Counted from the first letter of the stretch, positions 8,776-19,029 are shown. The stretch: 64,000 nucleotides of DNA from Thermoplasmata archaeon (GCA_021789945.1 JAJYIS010000002.1:5379-69378), one strand, 5' to 3'. Notes: generated from the letters alone by a model not told the origin. Numbers and translations: made by a program.

Positions 8776-10027
8776 CCTGGAGCTTGAATAGCGTCTCCGC
8801 AGCCGAGATCATATCCTTGTCGCCGTTCTTGGAGGCCTCCCTGAGGACGGCCGTCGGCTCCGCGAGTATCTTCTTGGTCACGGACATGAGCATGTCGCGG
8901 ACCACCTTCTTCTGCTGCTCGCCGATCCCGTTCAGCTTGTTCATCGCCTTGGTGAACTCGGTGTCCCGGATCTCGGCGACCCGGGTATGCAACTGGCGGA
9001 TGGCGTCCTCGGAGTCCCTCCTCTCTTCGAACCTGGACACGATGAATTTGAGCTCCTTCTCGATGATCCTCTCGGCCATCGCCACCTCTTTTCGCCTGCG
9101 CTCGGCGTTCCTATCCGCGACCTGCTTGAGACCGTCCATGTCCCGAATTTCGACATTGGGCAGCTCGGCGACGTCCTCGGCGATGTTCCTGGGGTTGCTG
9201 ATGTCTATGATCAGGAGCGTCTTCGTCGGCCCCTCCGGCCCGAACGCCCTGACAAGGTCGTCCTTGCTCAGGATGATGTGAGGGGCAGCGGTGCCGCAGA
9301 TGACGACATCGCTTACGAGCAGGCACTCATTCATCTTGTCGAAGTGGACGGCCTCCCCACCAAGCCGCTCGGCGAGCTTGACCGCGTCGTCGTAGGTCCT
9401 GTTGGCAACGAACATGGCCTTCACGTTGTGCCTCGCGAGGGACATCGCGACGAGCTGGGAGACCTCGCCCGCCCCGATCACGAGGATCGTGCGGTTCTGG
9501 AGCGACTCGAGCAGGCCGTTCGCGAGCTCGACCGCGGCGGAGCCTATTGACACGCTGCCCTTGCTCACGCCCGTCTCGGACCGCACCTTCTTGCCGATGC
9601 TGATTGACTTCCTGAAGACCTCGCCCAGGGTTTTGCCCACGGACCCTTCCTCGAGCCCGAAATCGTAGGCGCTCTTGACCTGGGAGAGTATCTGCTCCTC
9701 CCCGACAATCATGCTCTCGAGCCCGCTGGCGACCCTCGCGAGGTGCCTCACGGAGTCGACGGAGTACAGGAATTGTATGTGGTTCGGGTCGGCGCCCTCG
9801 ACCGAGCTCATCAACATGCCCCCGATGCCAGCCTTGGCCTTGTCCGGATCGTCGGTCGCGACGTATATCTCGAGCCTGTTACAGGTCTTCAGCAGGGCGC
9901 ATTCGCGCACCGAGTCCAGGGCCATGATCGCGGAGACCACAGACCTCGCCTCTTTGGCTGAGTACAGTTCGAGCTCCCTGATGTCCACCCACTTGTGGGT
10001 TATGTGCGCGCTCACGATCTCTTTCAA
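8768..10027 (-). CDS. hemA: glutamyl-tRNA reductase
   Basis: 419 aa HemA-like sequence with NADP-binding GAGEVS region. Confidence 0.9.
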   Translation of the reverse strand: MKEIVSAHITHKWVDIRELELYSAKEARSVVSAIMALDSVRECALLKTCNRLEIYVATDDPDKAKAGIGGMLMSSVEGADPNHIQFLYSVDSVRHLARVASGLESMIVGEEQILSQVKSAYDFGLEEGSVGKTLGEVFRKSISIGKKVRSETGVSKGSVSIGSAAVELANGLLESLQNRTILVIGAGEVSQLVAMSLARHNVKAMFVANRTYDDAVKLAERLGGEAVHFDKMNECLLVSDVVICGTAAPHIILSKDDLVRAFGPEGPTKTLLIIDISNPRNIAEDVAELPNVEIRDMDGLKQVADRNAERRRKEVAMAERIIEKELKFIVSRFEERRDSEDAIRQLHTRVAEIRDTEFTKAMNKLNGIGEQQKKVVRDMLMSVTKKILAEPTAVLREASKNGDKDMISAAETLFKLQGD

Positions 10028-10650
10028 GTAGAATCACCAAGATATCTCTCTGACGCCAGCTTCCTTGCCTTCTTCAAGTCGCCCTCTTCGAGGGCCTTCC
10101 AGATCTGCTTGTCTCGAAGCACCCTGTAGATCACGTTTCGGCGCGAGGGCTGCGACAGCTTCGAGCCCTTCAGCCTGGCCCTGACATGCGCCTGGAGGAC
10201 CGCCATCCTGCCCCATTCCGGGCCGATGACCTTCTCGATCCGGAGGCGGACCGCCTTCGAGAGCGCAGGGCTCTCCCCTCTCGTGCTGATGCCGATGACG
10301 AGCGGCCCTCTCTGCACGTTCGACGAGAAGTATACCTCGGAGGCGGGATCGTCGACCGAGTTGCACATGATCGACCTCTTCCTGCACGAGCGGGCGATCC
10401 TGGAATTCTCAGCCGGGTCGTCGGTCGCGGCCACGACGAGGAACGCCCCGTCCATCGCCCGCAGGCCCTCGGACGAGCTGGCCATGACCCTCCTCGCTGG
10501 GAGCGAATCGAACCCACGGGAGAACGTCTTGCTGACGACCTTGACCCTCGCGCCGGCCTTGCAGAAGGTCCTCGCCTTCCTGAGGCCGACGCTGCCTCCG
10601 CCATATATGACGACGAGCTTGTCCTCGAAATCGATCATGAGGGGGACCAT
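10024..10650 (-). CDS. sirC: precorrin-2 dehydrogenase / sirohydrochlorin ferrochelatase (SirC/Met8-like, CysG N-terminal domain type)
   Basis: 208 aa from MVPLMIDFEDKLVVIYGGGSVGLRKAR (Rossmann motif); track ORF 10024..11274 carries a wrong-frame N-terminal extension over ahbAB. Confidence 0.7.
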   Translation of the reverse strand: MVPLMIDFEDKLVVIYGGGSVGLRKARTFCKAGARVKVVSKTFSRGFDSLPARRVMASSSEGLRAMDGAFLVVAATDDPAENSRIARSCRKRSIMCNSVDDPASEVYFSSNVQRGPLVIGISTRGESPALSKAVRLRIEKVIGPEWGRMAVLQAHVRARLKGSKLSQPSRRNVIYRVLRDKQIWKALEEGDLKKARKLASERYLGDST

Positions 10651-10658
10651 CGAGCTCC

Positions 10659-11600
10659 TCAGACCATCACCCCCGTCTTCTTGAACTCCTTCAGGGTCCT
10701 CAGGACGACCCGGTCCGCGCCCGAGGTCAAATCGTCGCCCTGTGCGAGGAATGCCCCTAGCTCGTCCTCGGTCCGGACATGGACCATCGTGAACAGGTTG
10801 TATCTCCACTTGCCGGGAACCCTCACCCTCGCGTAGCAGTGGCTCACCATGGGCATGCGAGCAAAGGCGTCTCCGCAAGCAACCGTTGAGCCGTCGCCGA
10901 CGTCCCATGCCACCATCGCGTTCACGGCCAGCCCGACGGACTCGTGACGTAGGACCGCCCCGAACGACCGGAGCCCGCCCTCCGAGAGCATCTCCCTGAG
11001 CTTCGCCATCACGGCCCCCTCGCTGGTCCCAGCCTTCTCGGCGACCAGGGCGAACGGGCGTGGGACGATGTCGATCCCGTCCTCCATCGCCCTCAGTATC
11101 GGCGCATCGACAGGCCCGCGCCCCGAGGCCGATACCGGAGGGCCGAGCGGGGCCCTCAGCTTGAAGAACCTGACGGTCGGCAGCTCGATACAGTCCCTCG
11201 GGTGCACCGCGTCGGCCAAAGAGCGTAGCTCGGAATCGAGTTCTGCTCGGCCAGGAGCGCTGAGAGTGAACCACAGGTTGAACTCGTTGTCCCTGAGATA
11301 GCTGTGCGTCACGCCCCTGAGCCTCCCGACGATCTCCGCGGCCCTCTCGACCTCTCCCTGGCCGACCTTCATGCCGACGAGCGTGCTTGTCCTGTCCTTG
11401 AGCAGATGCTCTCCGAGCATGTACCCGACTCGCCGGACCGTCCCCGTCCTGACCAGCTCCCTAGTCCGGTCAAGGACCGCGTCCTCGGACATGCGGAGCC
11501 TCTCTCCGATCTCCCGGAACGGCCTCTCGACGACAGGGAACTTCAGCCGAAGCTCGTCCAGCAGGCGATGGTCGATGTCGGTCGAGTCAGGAGCGACCAT
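10659..11600 (-). CDS. ahbAB: siroheme decarboxylase, fused AhbA/AhbB (two Lrp/AsnC-like domains)
   Basis: 314 aa from MVAPDSTDIDHRLLDEL; two tandem AsnC-type HTH plus regulator-like halves; start 1 nt after upstream radical SAM stop. Confidence 0.65.
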   Translation of the reverse strand: MVAPDSTDIDHRLLDELRLKFPVVERPFREIGERLRMSEDAVLDRTRELVRTGTVRRVGYMLGEHLLKDRTSTLVGMKVGQGEVERAAEIVGRLRGVTHSYLRDNEFNLWFTLSAPGRAELDSELRSLADAVHPRDCIELPTVRFFKLRAPLGPPVSASGRGPVDAPILRAMEDGIDIVPRPFALVAEKAGTSEGAVMAKLREMLSEGGLRSFGAVLRHESVGLAVNAMVAWDVGDGSTVACGDAFARMPMVSHCYARVRVPGKWRYNLFTMVHVRTEDELGAFLAQGDDLTSGADRVVLRTLKEFKKTGVMV

Positions 11601-11601
11601 A

Positions 11602-12540
11602 TCACCCCTTCTTCGGGACATAGACGCACCATGGATCCGGCAGGAGCGGGTCCCCCGTAAACGCGTATGCGCGCGCCCTGCAGCCGCCGCACACGTCGTT
11701 GAACTCGCAGACACCGCACTTGCCCTTCAACATGGAGTAGTCCCTGAGCTGGTGGAACAGCGGGGCGTCACGCCAGATGCTCTCGAAGCTCTGGTTCCTG
11801 ACGTTCCCGACCTCGATCGGCAGATACGGGCACGGATAGACACCGCCCTCTGGGCTCACCCTGCAGTAAGATATCCCCGCCAGGCATCCCCGGGTGTACC
11901 TCTCGACCGCGTCTCCCCCGTTCTGCTTCGCGACCCGCATGTACATCGGCGCGCAGGTCGGCTTGATGCGGATGCCAACCTCCTTCTCCAGCGGCAGGAG
12001 CTGCTTGAGCATGCTCTCGTACTCCGATGGGCGGATGTCCTCCAGGGACGCACCCCTGCCCGTCGGGACCAGGAAGAACAGGTGGAACTCGGCGGCTCCG
12101 AGCTGCTTCGCGGAATTGACCATGTCAGGGATCTGCTCGAGGTTGTTCCGGATGACGGTCGCATTGACCTGGAACTGGAGGCCGGTCTTCCTGCACGCGG
12201 CGGCGCCGCTGACGGCGGCCTCGAACGCGCCCTCCACCCTCCTGAGGGAGTCGTGCACCCTCGAGTCGCATCCGTCTAGCGATATCGCGACCCTCGAGAC
12301 CCCGGAGGAAATCAACTTCCTGGCGACATCCTCGGTGATCAAGGTGCCGTTCGTGCCCATCACGACGCGGAGCCCCCGGGAACGAGCATGGCTGGCGAGT
12401 TCGAATATGTCGTCCCTCATGAGCGGCTCGCCACCGCTCAGGACGAGAATGCATTTCGAGACCTGCGAGATGCCGTCGATGAGGCTCTTGCCCTCTTCAG
12501 TCGAGAGCTCCTCAGCGCCGGGCAGGTCCTTCGCATCCAT
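11602..12540 (-). CDS. ahbD: radical SAM/SPASM protein AhbC/AhbD family, tentatively heme synthase AhbD; coordinates are ATG-defined but the real N-terminus lies upstream (up to 12633)
   Basis: Homologous to 2909..4090 gene; the CNLKCAHC radical SAM motif is encoded in-frame immediately upstream of the first ATG (see findings). Confidence 0.55.
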   Translation of the reverse strand: MDAKDLPGAEELSTEEGKSLIDGISQVSKCILVLSGGEPLMRDDIFELASHARSRGLRVVMGTNGTLITEDVARKLISSGVSRVAISLDGCDSRVHDSLRRVEGAFEAAVSGAAACRKTGLQFQVNATVIRNNLEQIPDMVNSAKQLGAAEFHLFFLVPTGRGASLEDIRPSEYESMLKQLLPLEKEVGIRIKPTCAPMYMRVAKQNGGDAVERYTRGCLAGISYCRVSPEGGVYPCPYLPIEVGNVRNQSFESIWRDAPLFHQLRDYSMLKGKCGVCEFNDVCGGCRARAYAFTGDPLLPDPWCVYVPKKG

Positions 12541-12681
12541 GTAACAGTGAGCGCACTTCAGGTTGCATCGGTTAGTGGTGTTCCAGGAAAGTATCCTCGG
12601 TTGGAAGCTTCGCGCTAGCGATCTTCTCCCCCCTCAAGTAAACAACGTTAATCCGGAGTCTGGCGAGCTAATGCTCGATTG

Positions 12682-12698
12682 TATATTAACCCTTTTCC
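12682..12698 (-). promoter_or_regulatory. BRE/TATA-like element (minus strand reads gaaaaggg ttaatata) upstream of heme operon
   Basis: same purine-rich plus TATA pattern as tRNA promoters; about 45-60 nt upstream of the radical SAM coding start region. Confidence 0.3.
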
Positions 12699-12864
12699 GA
12701 CAGGATTCGGTGGATTCGTCATGGCCTCCACTTGTGTGCCTCGTCGCTCCAGCAGGTCGGTCTTGCCGAGCAAAAGGTCCCACCTGCCGTTGATTGACCA
12801 GTCACTCTACATCCGGCCGGAAGATCACATGAGGGCGCGAAGGACGGCGCAAACGATCAAGCAT

Positions 12865-15801
12865 CTACGAACTGGTCCTCTTCTTGGTCCTGGAGACATA
12901 TCCGATGGAGGCGAAGACCGCGAGCATCCCGATCACTCCGAACAGCACGCTCGACATCTCGGGTATCTCGATGTCCGTGACCTGGACGTTTGCCTGGGTC
13001 TCGCCCGTCAGCCCGCCGCTGTCCATGACCTGGAGGACGACGGTGTAGTTCCCAGGGGTCGTGAACTGGTGGTACGCGATCGGGTCCGAGGACCAGCCGG
13101 TGTCCCACACACCATCGCCGTTCCAGTCCCACCTGAACTGCAGCGCCGAGAGTGGGTCCTGGGCGTCGGTAGAGGACGAAGCGTCGAACACGAACACCTG
13201 CGTGATGTTCCCGTAGTACGAGTCGACGATGAACGACGCATTCGGAGGCGTGTTCGGGACGGGGAAGGCGTCCGAGAAGACGAACGACAGGTTCGTGGAC
13301 GCGTTCCAGAAGTAGGAGACATAGACAGTGTTGCCCCTGATGTCGTACCCGACGTCCATGATGCGCTTCCCGCTCAGGTTCCTCAGCGAGCCGTCGCTCA
13401 TCAGCAGCGTCCGGTTGCCCTCGGTGATGTTGATGTCCGCCAGGTGCCTGCCGGTGGCGTTGAAGGCGATGGTGACCGGCACGCGCCAGTATCCGGCGGC
13501 GATCGGGTTGGCCCTTGACACGGTATAGGAGGTGACTGTGGAGTTCGACAGGTAGGGGTCGTACACGACATCGGTGGACCAGCGACCATAGACGTAGCTG
13601 GCGACCTCGCCGTCAGTCGCCTTCCAGTTCTCGTAGGTGAAGTTGGTCTTCGGGTTGTCGATCCAGTGCAGCAACATCGTGACAGTCGGGCTCGGGCTGA
13701 CCACTCCATGGTTGTATATCCTCTGCACGCCCCCGTGAGACGCCGTCCAGAAGATGTTCTGCCACTCAGAGGATGACCAAGTCGCATCATCCGTGTTGGG
13801 ACCGCGGGCGGCGTCCATGAGGTCATACGGGGTGTATGGGTACCACTGAGAGTCAGGAGCGCCCCACCTCGGCGCGAGAGGCTGTATCCTGGGCCCGTAC
13901 CACGAGCCCACCAGCGAATGGTTTCCGGGAGCGCCGTTCGCAAAATTGCTCGTGAACCCCATTATCCTCGTGCCCCTGGCATACTCCGCATACATCATCT
14001 CCCAGGAACCCGAGTTCCCGGGACATGCGATCGTGATGTAGGAATCCCCAACGCCGACATAGGCTGGATTATCCCATCTGCTCGCGTAGGTGTAGGTATT
14101 CTCGAGGGCCGTGTGCCCGACGTCTGAGGCGTTCACCGCAGCGTCCCAGAACCGGGTCGGCCACTGAGTGTAGTCGTGCGGCCAGTGGAGCGCGATCTCC
14201 GATTGGGTCGCGAGGATGTCCGATGAGCTGCCTCCAGGTGACGCGCTCATGATGTAGCTGGTCGTGGGGTGGTTGTAGCCGACGTAGGCGTCCACCGCGG
14301 CAGTCGCGTTGGTCGAGTCGTCCCTTCCGAAGACCGAGGCCCAGGCCCACCCGTTCCACCACAGCGGAAGCGAGACTTTCTCGTTGGTCAGATTGGCCAT
14401 CATGGTCACGTACATTCTGTCCTTGACGGTGACGCCATCCGAGGTCACGGAGTAGTTGACCGGCTCGTTCCAGTCGACAGGCAGCGCCAGGTCGGCCTCG
14501 TACCTCTGCCTGGCGGCGTTGAACGATGCGCGCACGCCGCCGATGGTGACCGCCGCGTCGGGCATGACGTTCCCGCCGATGTCCGTCAACGATATCCAAA
14601 CGGGGTCGCCCTTGGTGACGTACTCGTATACGGGTCCGGCCTCGGGGTACCGCGAGTTGAGGCCCCTGAAGCCCAGGTTGTCGATCATCCAGTACCCCAG
14701 CTGACCGTAGGTGTACGCGACCGGTATCTGAGCATCCGTCACGAACCTCAGCTTGAAGTCGCTCGGCATCGCGACCGGCAGTGTCACGGTCGCCGATCCC
14801 ACGATGCCGTCCCCGGTGTGGAATACAGTGATGTTGCAGGTCGATGAATTGTCGACAGAGCTGAATGAGACAGTGTATCTGTCGGGCTGGAAGCCGTATA
14901 TCGATTCGGAGAGCTGAGGCGTGCCCTGGGAATCGTCGTGCCTGTTCGGATACGAAGGTATCAGGTTGCTCGTCAGGTTGGACCAGGTGCCACTGCTCGC
15001 ATCGAACGCCCGGACCCTCTCGACCCCGGCAGAAGAGTTCCCCACGTAGAGCGAGACGGCGGTGAAATTGACCGTATCGTTGCACAGGTAGATTATCAGA
15101 CCGTTCGTCGGAACGGGCCTGTAGACGGCCGTGTACGATGCCGACTCCCTCGTCGGGTACACCTCCGCAGACAGGTTCCATCCTAGCCCATCGTTCACCT
15201 TATTGGGCTCGAAGGACACGATCGTCTCGTTGTACTGGTTCTGCCTCGAGAACGTCGCCAATGTCCCGTCAAGGACGACGGACTCTTGGTCTGAGTCGGC
15301 GGTGATTAGTTTGAGCCTGCCGCTGGACAACGCGATGCTCGATGGGTTGTGCGTGCCCGTAGGAAGGTCGTACAGGGTCTGGATGGACCCCCAATAGCCC
15401 TGCTGCCTCACGTCCATGGTCCAGTTGATGAAGTCGTAGCTGTTGGTATCGTTCACCGTCAGGTTCGCCCAGACGACAGAAGAGGTCACCGGTACCCCTG
15501 ACAGCTCGCAGTAATTGGACCCGGTCCCCCCGGCGAGGATGGACAGCCAGGAAGCATTCGTCAGGAGCGTCCATGTCACCGAGCCGTTGTCCGGGCCCGA
15601 CGATGAGAAGTTGTAGTCGTACGCCTGGCCCACGATGGCTACGTTCGCAGGAGACGGCGAGAGCAGGTGAGGGTCACCGCCGAGTATCAAGCTGGAGGCG
15701 GGATTGGCGCTTCCCTGACCGACGAACAGAAGGGAGGCCGAGGGGACTACCATCAGCGCGACGAGAGCGACAGACGTTGCTAGTCTTCGGGGCGAGTTCA
15801 A
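12865..15801 (-). CDS. cell-surface glycoprotein (S-layer candidate) with signal peptide, PKD-like domain and C-terminal membrane anchor
   Basis: 978 aa; N-terminal hydrophobic signal; roughly 30 N-x-S/T sequons by eye; WDWNGDGVWD PKD-type motif near C-terminus; terminal hydrophobic helix followed by RTKKRTSS. Confidence 0.6.
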   Translation of the reverse strand: MNSPRRLATSVALVALMVVPSASLLFVGQGSANPASSLILGGDPHLLSPSPANVAIVGQAYDYNFSSSGPDNGSVTWTLLTNASWLSILAGGTGSNYCELSGVPVTSSVVWANLTVNDTNSYDFINWTMDVRQQGYWGSIQTLYDLPTGTHNPSSIALSSGRLKLITADSDQESVVLDGTLATFSRQNQYNETIVSFEPNKVNDGLGWNLSAEVYPTRESASYTAVYRPVPTNGLIIYLCNDTVNFTAVSLYVGNSSAGVERVRAFDASSGTWSNLTSNLIPSYPNRHDDSQGTPQLSESIYGFQPDRYTVSFSSVDNSSTCNITVFHTGDGIVGSATVTLPVAMPSDFKLRFVTDAQIPVAYTYGQLGYWMIDNLGFRGLNSRYPEAGPVYEYVTKGDPVWISLTDIGGNVMPDAAVTIGGVRASFNAARQRYEADLALPVDWNEPVNYSVTSDGVTVKDRMYVTMMANLTNEKVSLPLWWNGWAWASVFGRDDSTNATAAVDAYVGYNHPTTSYIMSASPGGSSSDILATQSEIALHWPHDYTQWPTRFWDAAVNASDVGHTALENTYTYASRWDNPAYVGVGDSYITIACPGNSGSWEMMYAEYARGTRIMGFTSNFANGAPGNHSLVGSWYGPRIQPLAPRWGAPDSQWYPYTPYDLMDAARGPNTDDATWSSSEWQNIFWTASHGGVQRIYNHGVVSPSPTVTMLLHWIDNPKTNFTYENWKATDGEVASYVYGRWSTDVVYDPYLSNSTVTSYTVSRANPIAAGYWRVPVTIAFNATGRHLADINITEGNRTLLMSDGSLRNLSGKRIMDVGYDIRGNTVYVSYFWNASTNLSFVFSDAFPVPNTPPNASFIVDSYYGNITQVFVFDASSSTDAQDPLSALQFRWDWNGDGVWDTGWSSDPIAYHQFTTPGNYTVVLQVMDSGGLTGETQANVQVTDIEIPEMSSVLFGVIGMLAVFASIGYVSRTKKRTSS

Positions 15802-15979
15802 AACAGGCAGCCTCCCAGGACGTTCCCAGTTTGTCTGACCAGGGTCTGAAGCGAACTATGATACCACAGCTATATTTGACTTTGCCCTGCAAGACGTACA
15901 TCTGGCATACTTGCTCCGATGACCCCCGGGAGGCCGCCGGAAGGCGACCGATTGCCACGGAGCGGCCCGCCGCTGGACT

Positions 15980-16375
15980 TCACCCGGTCTGCCTCGCGGT
16001 CGATATGAACTTGATCGACCGGACCCCGCGCACCTTCCGAATCTTGCCGAGGATCTCCCGGAGCCGGGCGTTCTCGCCGCGAGCGATGAACACTTCCATG
16101 CACTGCCCCTTCTCGAGGTGCAGATGGAGCATCATCTGGATCTCCTCGTATCGGTGCTGGAGGACTGACAGCTCCCCTCGAGGGCCGATCTCGTCGTAGA
16201 TCATCGTGATGACTATCTGGTTCTCGCCCTCGGAACTCTCCCACTCGGTCTCATCCACGAACGACCTCATTGCTTCGCGCATCGCATCCGAGCGGGTCCT
16301 GAACCCCCTTGTCGTCAGGGCCTCGTCGAATCTGCCCAACAGCTCACCAGGAACGGACATGCTGACAATGGTCAT
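15980..16375 (-). CDS. nikR: nickel-responsive regulator NikR family (ribbon-helix-helix plus metal-binding ACT-like domain)
   Basis: 131 aa; C-terminal H-x-H-x5-C (MLHLHLEKGQC) plus upstream His, matching the NikR high-affinity Ni site pattern. Confidence 0.65.
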   Translation of the reverse strand: MTIVSMSVPGELLGRFDEALTTRGFRTRSDAMREAMRSFVDETEWESSEGENQIVITMIYDEIGPRGELSVLQHRYEEIQMMLHLHLEKGQCMEVFIARGENARLREILGKIRKVRGVRSIKFISTARQTG

Positions 16376-16452
16376 GTGATCAGCCGACCAAGGAGCATTT
16401 CCGCTGGTATTTCTATGTTATTAACGGATCGGCCTGCGTCGAATAAGGCCCT

Positions 16453-17121
16453 TCACAACCTCTTCAAGGACTTCAGGATAGACTCCGGGTGCGTAACCAG
16501 GGCCGCCCTGACCTCCTCGGGGAGCATGCCCGCCCCTCTCGCAACGGTCGTCGCGAAGGCCATCGTGCTCAGGTCGTCGGGAGAGTGGGCGTCCGTGTTC
16601 ACGAGGAGCTTCGCCTTTGACTCCCGCGCCATCTGGACGACATAGCCGTTGCCGAGGGAGTGCCCCTTTCTGCAGGATACCTCGAGGAACACCCCGTTCT
16701 TGGCCGCCAGCTCGGCCTCATCAATCGTCAGCATGCCCGGGTGCGCGAGTATGTCCACCTCCGGATTGGAGACGGCCTTCAGGTTGGTGCCCTTCTCGAC
16801 AGGCTCCACAGGGGTCTCACCGTGGATGACTATGAGTTCGGCGCCGGCCTTGCGCGACTTCCTGATCGCGTCGTCCATGTGCTTGACGGGCACGTGCGTC
16901 AGCTCGACCCCGGGGATCGCCTCAATGCCCCACGCCTCGGCCTTCTCGCAGTCCTTCGTCACGGACTCGACTATCCAATCGATGTTGGAGAAGGAGGTGT
17001 GATCGGTGATCGCTATCGCCCTGTGGTCCGAGTACGCCGCCCTGCGGATCAGCTCCATCGGCAGGAGCTCGCCGTCGCTCATCGTCGTGTGCATGTGGAA
17101 GTCGCATCTGCGCGCCCTCAT
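16453..17121 (-). CDS. PHP-family phosphoesterase, probable histidinol-phosphatase (HisK/HisJ type)
   Basis: 222 aa from [12 protein letters not shown] (PHP His motif); last gene of his operon, ATGA overlap with hisIE; track ORF has wrong-frame N-terminal extension. Confidence 0.6.
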   Translation of the reverse strand: MRARRCDFHMHTTMSDGELLPMELIRRAAYSDHRAIAITDHTSFSNIDWIVESVTKDCEKAEAWGIEAIPGVELTHVPVKHMDDAIRKSRKAGAELIVIHGETPVEPVEKGTNLKAVSNPEVDILAHPGMLTIDEAELAAKNGVFLEVSCRKGHSLGNGYVVQMARESKAKLLVNTDAHSPDDLSTMAFATTVARGAGMLPEEVRAALVTHPESILKSLKRL

Positions 17122-17696
17122 TTCCTTCTGCCCTCCAATTCGGTGTAGATGTCCTGCATCGATATGCCCTCGTCGTACAAAAGGACCATCAGGTGGTACA
17201 GGAGGTCGGCCGACTCGTAGATGACCTGCTCCCTGCTCCGGTCCTTCGCTGCGAGGATCACCTCGGAGCTCTCCTCGCCGATCTTCTTGAGGAGCAGGTT
17301 CCTGTTCTTCAGGAGCTTGGCGGTATAGCTGGATTCCGATCCCTTCGACCTCCTGTCTTCGAACACCTTCCAGAGGACAGAGACGATGTCGCCCGGAGGG
17401 ACAGGGTCCTTCGAGAAGCACGAGTAGTTGCCCGTGTGGCACGCGTTGCCCGTCTGCTCGACCCTCGCCAGCATCGCGTCCCCGTCGCAGTCCGTCTTCA
17501 GCTCCACCAGCTTCTGGACGTTGCCCGACGTCTCGCCCTTCTTCCACAGGGCGTCCCTCGAACGGCTCCAGTAGTGCATGTACCCGGTCTGCTTCGTCAG
17601 CGCCAAGGACTCGTCGTTCATGTACGCCAGCATCAGGACGTTGTTGTTCTTGACGTCCTGGACCACTACCGGTATCAGACCTCCGTCCCCGCTCAT
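17118..17696 (-). CDS. hisIE: bifunctional phosphoribosyl-AMP cyclohydrolase / phosphoribosyl-ATP pyrophosphatase
   Basis: 192 aa; HisI N-half (Cys-rich Zn site) and HisE C-half. Confidence 0.85.
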   Translation of the reverse strand: MSGDGGLIPVVVQDVKNNNVLMLAYMNDESLALTKQTGYMHYWSRSRDALWKKGETSGNVQKLVELKTDCDGDAMLARVEQTGNACHTGNYSCFSKDPVPPGDIVSVLWKVFEDRRSKGSESSYTAKLLKNRNLLLKKIGEESSEVILAAKDRSREQVIYESADLLYHLMVLLYDEGISMQDIYTELEGRRK

Positions 17697-18463
17697 GTCT
17701 CCACGACCTTCCTGACCAGGATGCCTTCGGCCTCGAGCGCCCTCTTCACGTCAGCGACCGTGAGCTCGCCGTAGTGGAATATCGAGGCCGCGAGGGCCGC
17801 GTCCGCCTCCCCGCGCTTGAGGACATCGACTATGTGCTCTGTCCTTCCGCAGCCGCCGGACGCGATCACGGGCACATGCACTGACCTCACAACCGCGCGC
17901 GTCAGCTCGATGTCGTACCCGTTCTTCGTGCCGTCGGCGTCCATGCTCGTGAGGAGTATCTCTCCTGCCCCGCGCTCCGCGGCCTCCTTGGCCCACGCGA
18001 CCGCGTCCAGCCCGGTCGCCCTCGATCCCGAGCGCGTATAGACCTCCCATCCGTCACCCTTCCTCTTAGCGTCGATAGCGACGACGACGCATTGGCTCCC
18101 GAACGCCTCGGCGCACCTGGAGATCAGCTTCGGGTCCTCTACCGCCGCAGAGTTGATCGATGCCTTGTCCGCGCCGGCCAATAGGTTGGCCCGCACGTCC
18201 TCGAACGACCTGATGCCGCCTCCGACCGTGAGCGGGATGAACAGGTTCTCGGCGGTCTTCCGGACCGCGGACCTCATCGTCCCGAGGCCCGATACGGAGG
18301 CGTTCACATCGAGGAACACGATCTCGTCCGCGCCCTGCCTCTGGTACTCGACTGCGAGTGTGGGCGGGTCCCCCACGCTCCTGAGGCCCTTGAAGCATAT
18401 CCCCTTGACCACGGCCCCGTCCTTGACATCGAGGCAGGGGATGATGCGCTTCGTCAGCGGCAT
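17693..18463 (-). CDS. hisF: imidazole glycerol phosphate synthase cyclase subunit
   Basis: 256 aa from [16 protein letters not shown]; (beta/alpha)8 HisF sequence. Confidence 0.9.
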   Translation of the reverse strand: MPLTKRIIPCLDVKDGAVVKGICFKGLRSVGDPPTLAVEYQRQGADEIVFLDVNASVSGLGTMRSAVRKTAENLFIPLTVGGGIRSFEDVRANLLAGADKASINSAAVEDPKLISRCAEAFGSQCVVVAIDAKRKGDGWEVYTRSGSRATGLDAVAWAKEAAERGAGEILLTSMDADGTKNGYDIELTRAVVRSVHVPVIASGGCGRTEHIVDVLKRGEADAALAASIFHYGELTVADVKRALEAEGILVRKVVET

Positions 18464-19029
18464 CAGCCGGCCCTCCATCTGACGGTCGACTTCGTCGATA
18501 CCACGGTCGGGGACAGGGACATCGCATCCTTGAGCGCCATGCCCAGGGCCTTGAAGGTCGCCTCCACGATATGGTGAGGGTCCTTCCCACGGATCACCAT
18601 CGTGTGCAGAGTGGCCCTCAGCTCCATCACGAAGGATCGCAGGAAGTGCTCGTACATCTGGTCCGGCAGATCGATGTGCACGAACGGCCGGTCGATAAGG
18701 TCGACAGTGACCTGCACCAAGGCCTCGTCCATCGGCACGGTCGCGCTCGCGATGCGTTTGACCGGGGTGACACCCATGGCCTTTGCATAGGCGCGGCCGA
18801 CGGCGATCGCCACGTCCTCGATCAGGTGATGCTCGATGTCGCCGCGCGCGTATATGCGCAGATCCGCGCCCGAGTACCTCGCAAGGGTCTCGATCATGTG
18901 CCTCAGGAACGGGTCCGGGATGTCGCACCTGCACTCTCCCGCGCCGTCGAGTTCCACCTTGACGCGCACCTTCGTCTCCTTCGTCTCCCGGGTCAGCTCG
19001 GCAGCCCTGCCCTGCCTCTTCGCGATCAT
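18463..19029 (-). CDS. hisB: imidazoleglycerol-phosphate dehydratase (monofunctional)
   Basis: 188 aa IGPD sequence. Confidence 0.9.
   Translation of the reverse strand: MIAKRQGRAAELTRETKETKVRVKVELDGAGECRCDIPDPFLRHMIETLARYSGADLRIYARGDIEHHLIEDVAIAVGRAYAKAMGVTPVKRIASATVPMDEALVQVTVDLIDRPFVHIDLPDQMYEHFLRSFVMELRATLHTMVIRGKDPHHIVEATFKALGMALKDAMSLSPTVVSTKSTVRWRAG

Noticed and set aside
14069-15181. Long antisense ORFs inside the surface glycoprotein gene (also 13401..13943, 14269..14847)
   Set aside because: Arg/Gly/Pro-rich shadow frames typical of high-GC DNA; the minus-strand frame encodes a coherent secreted protein.
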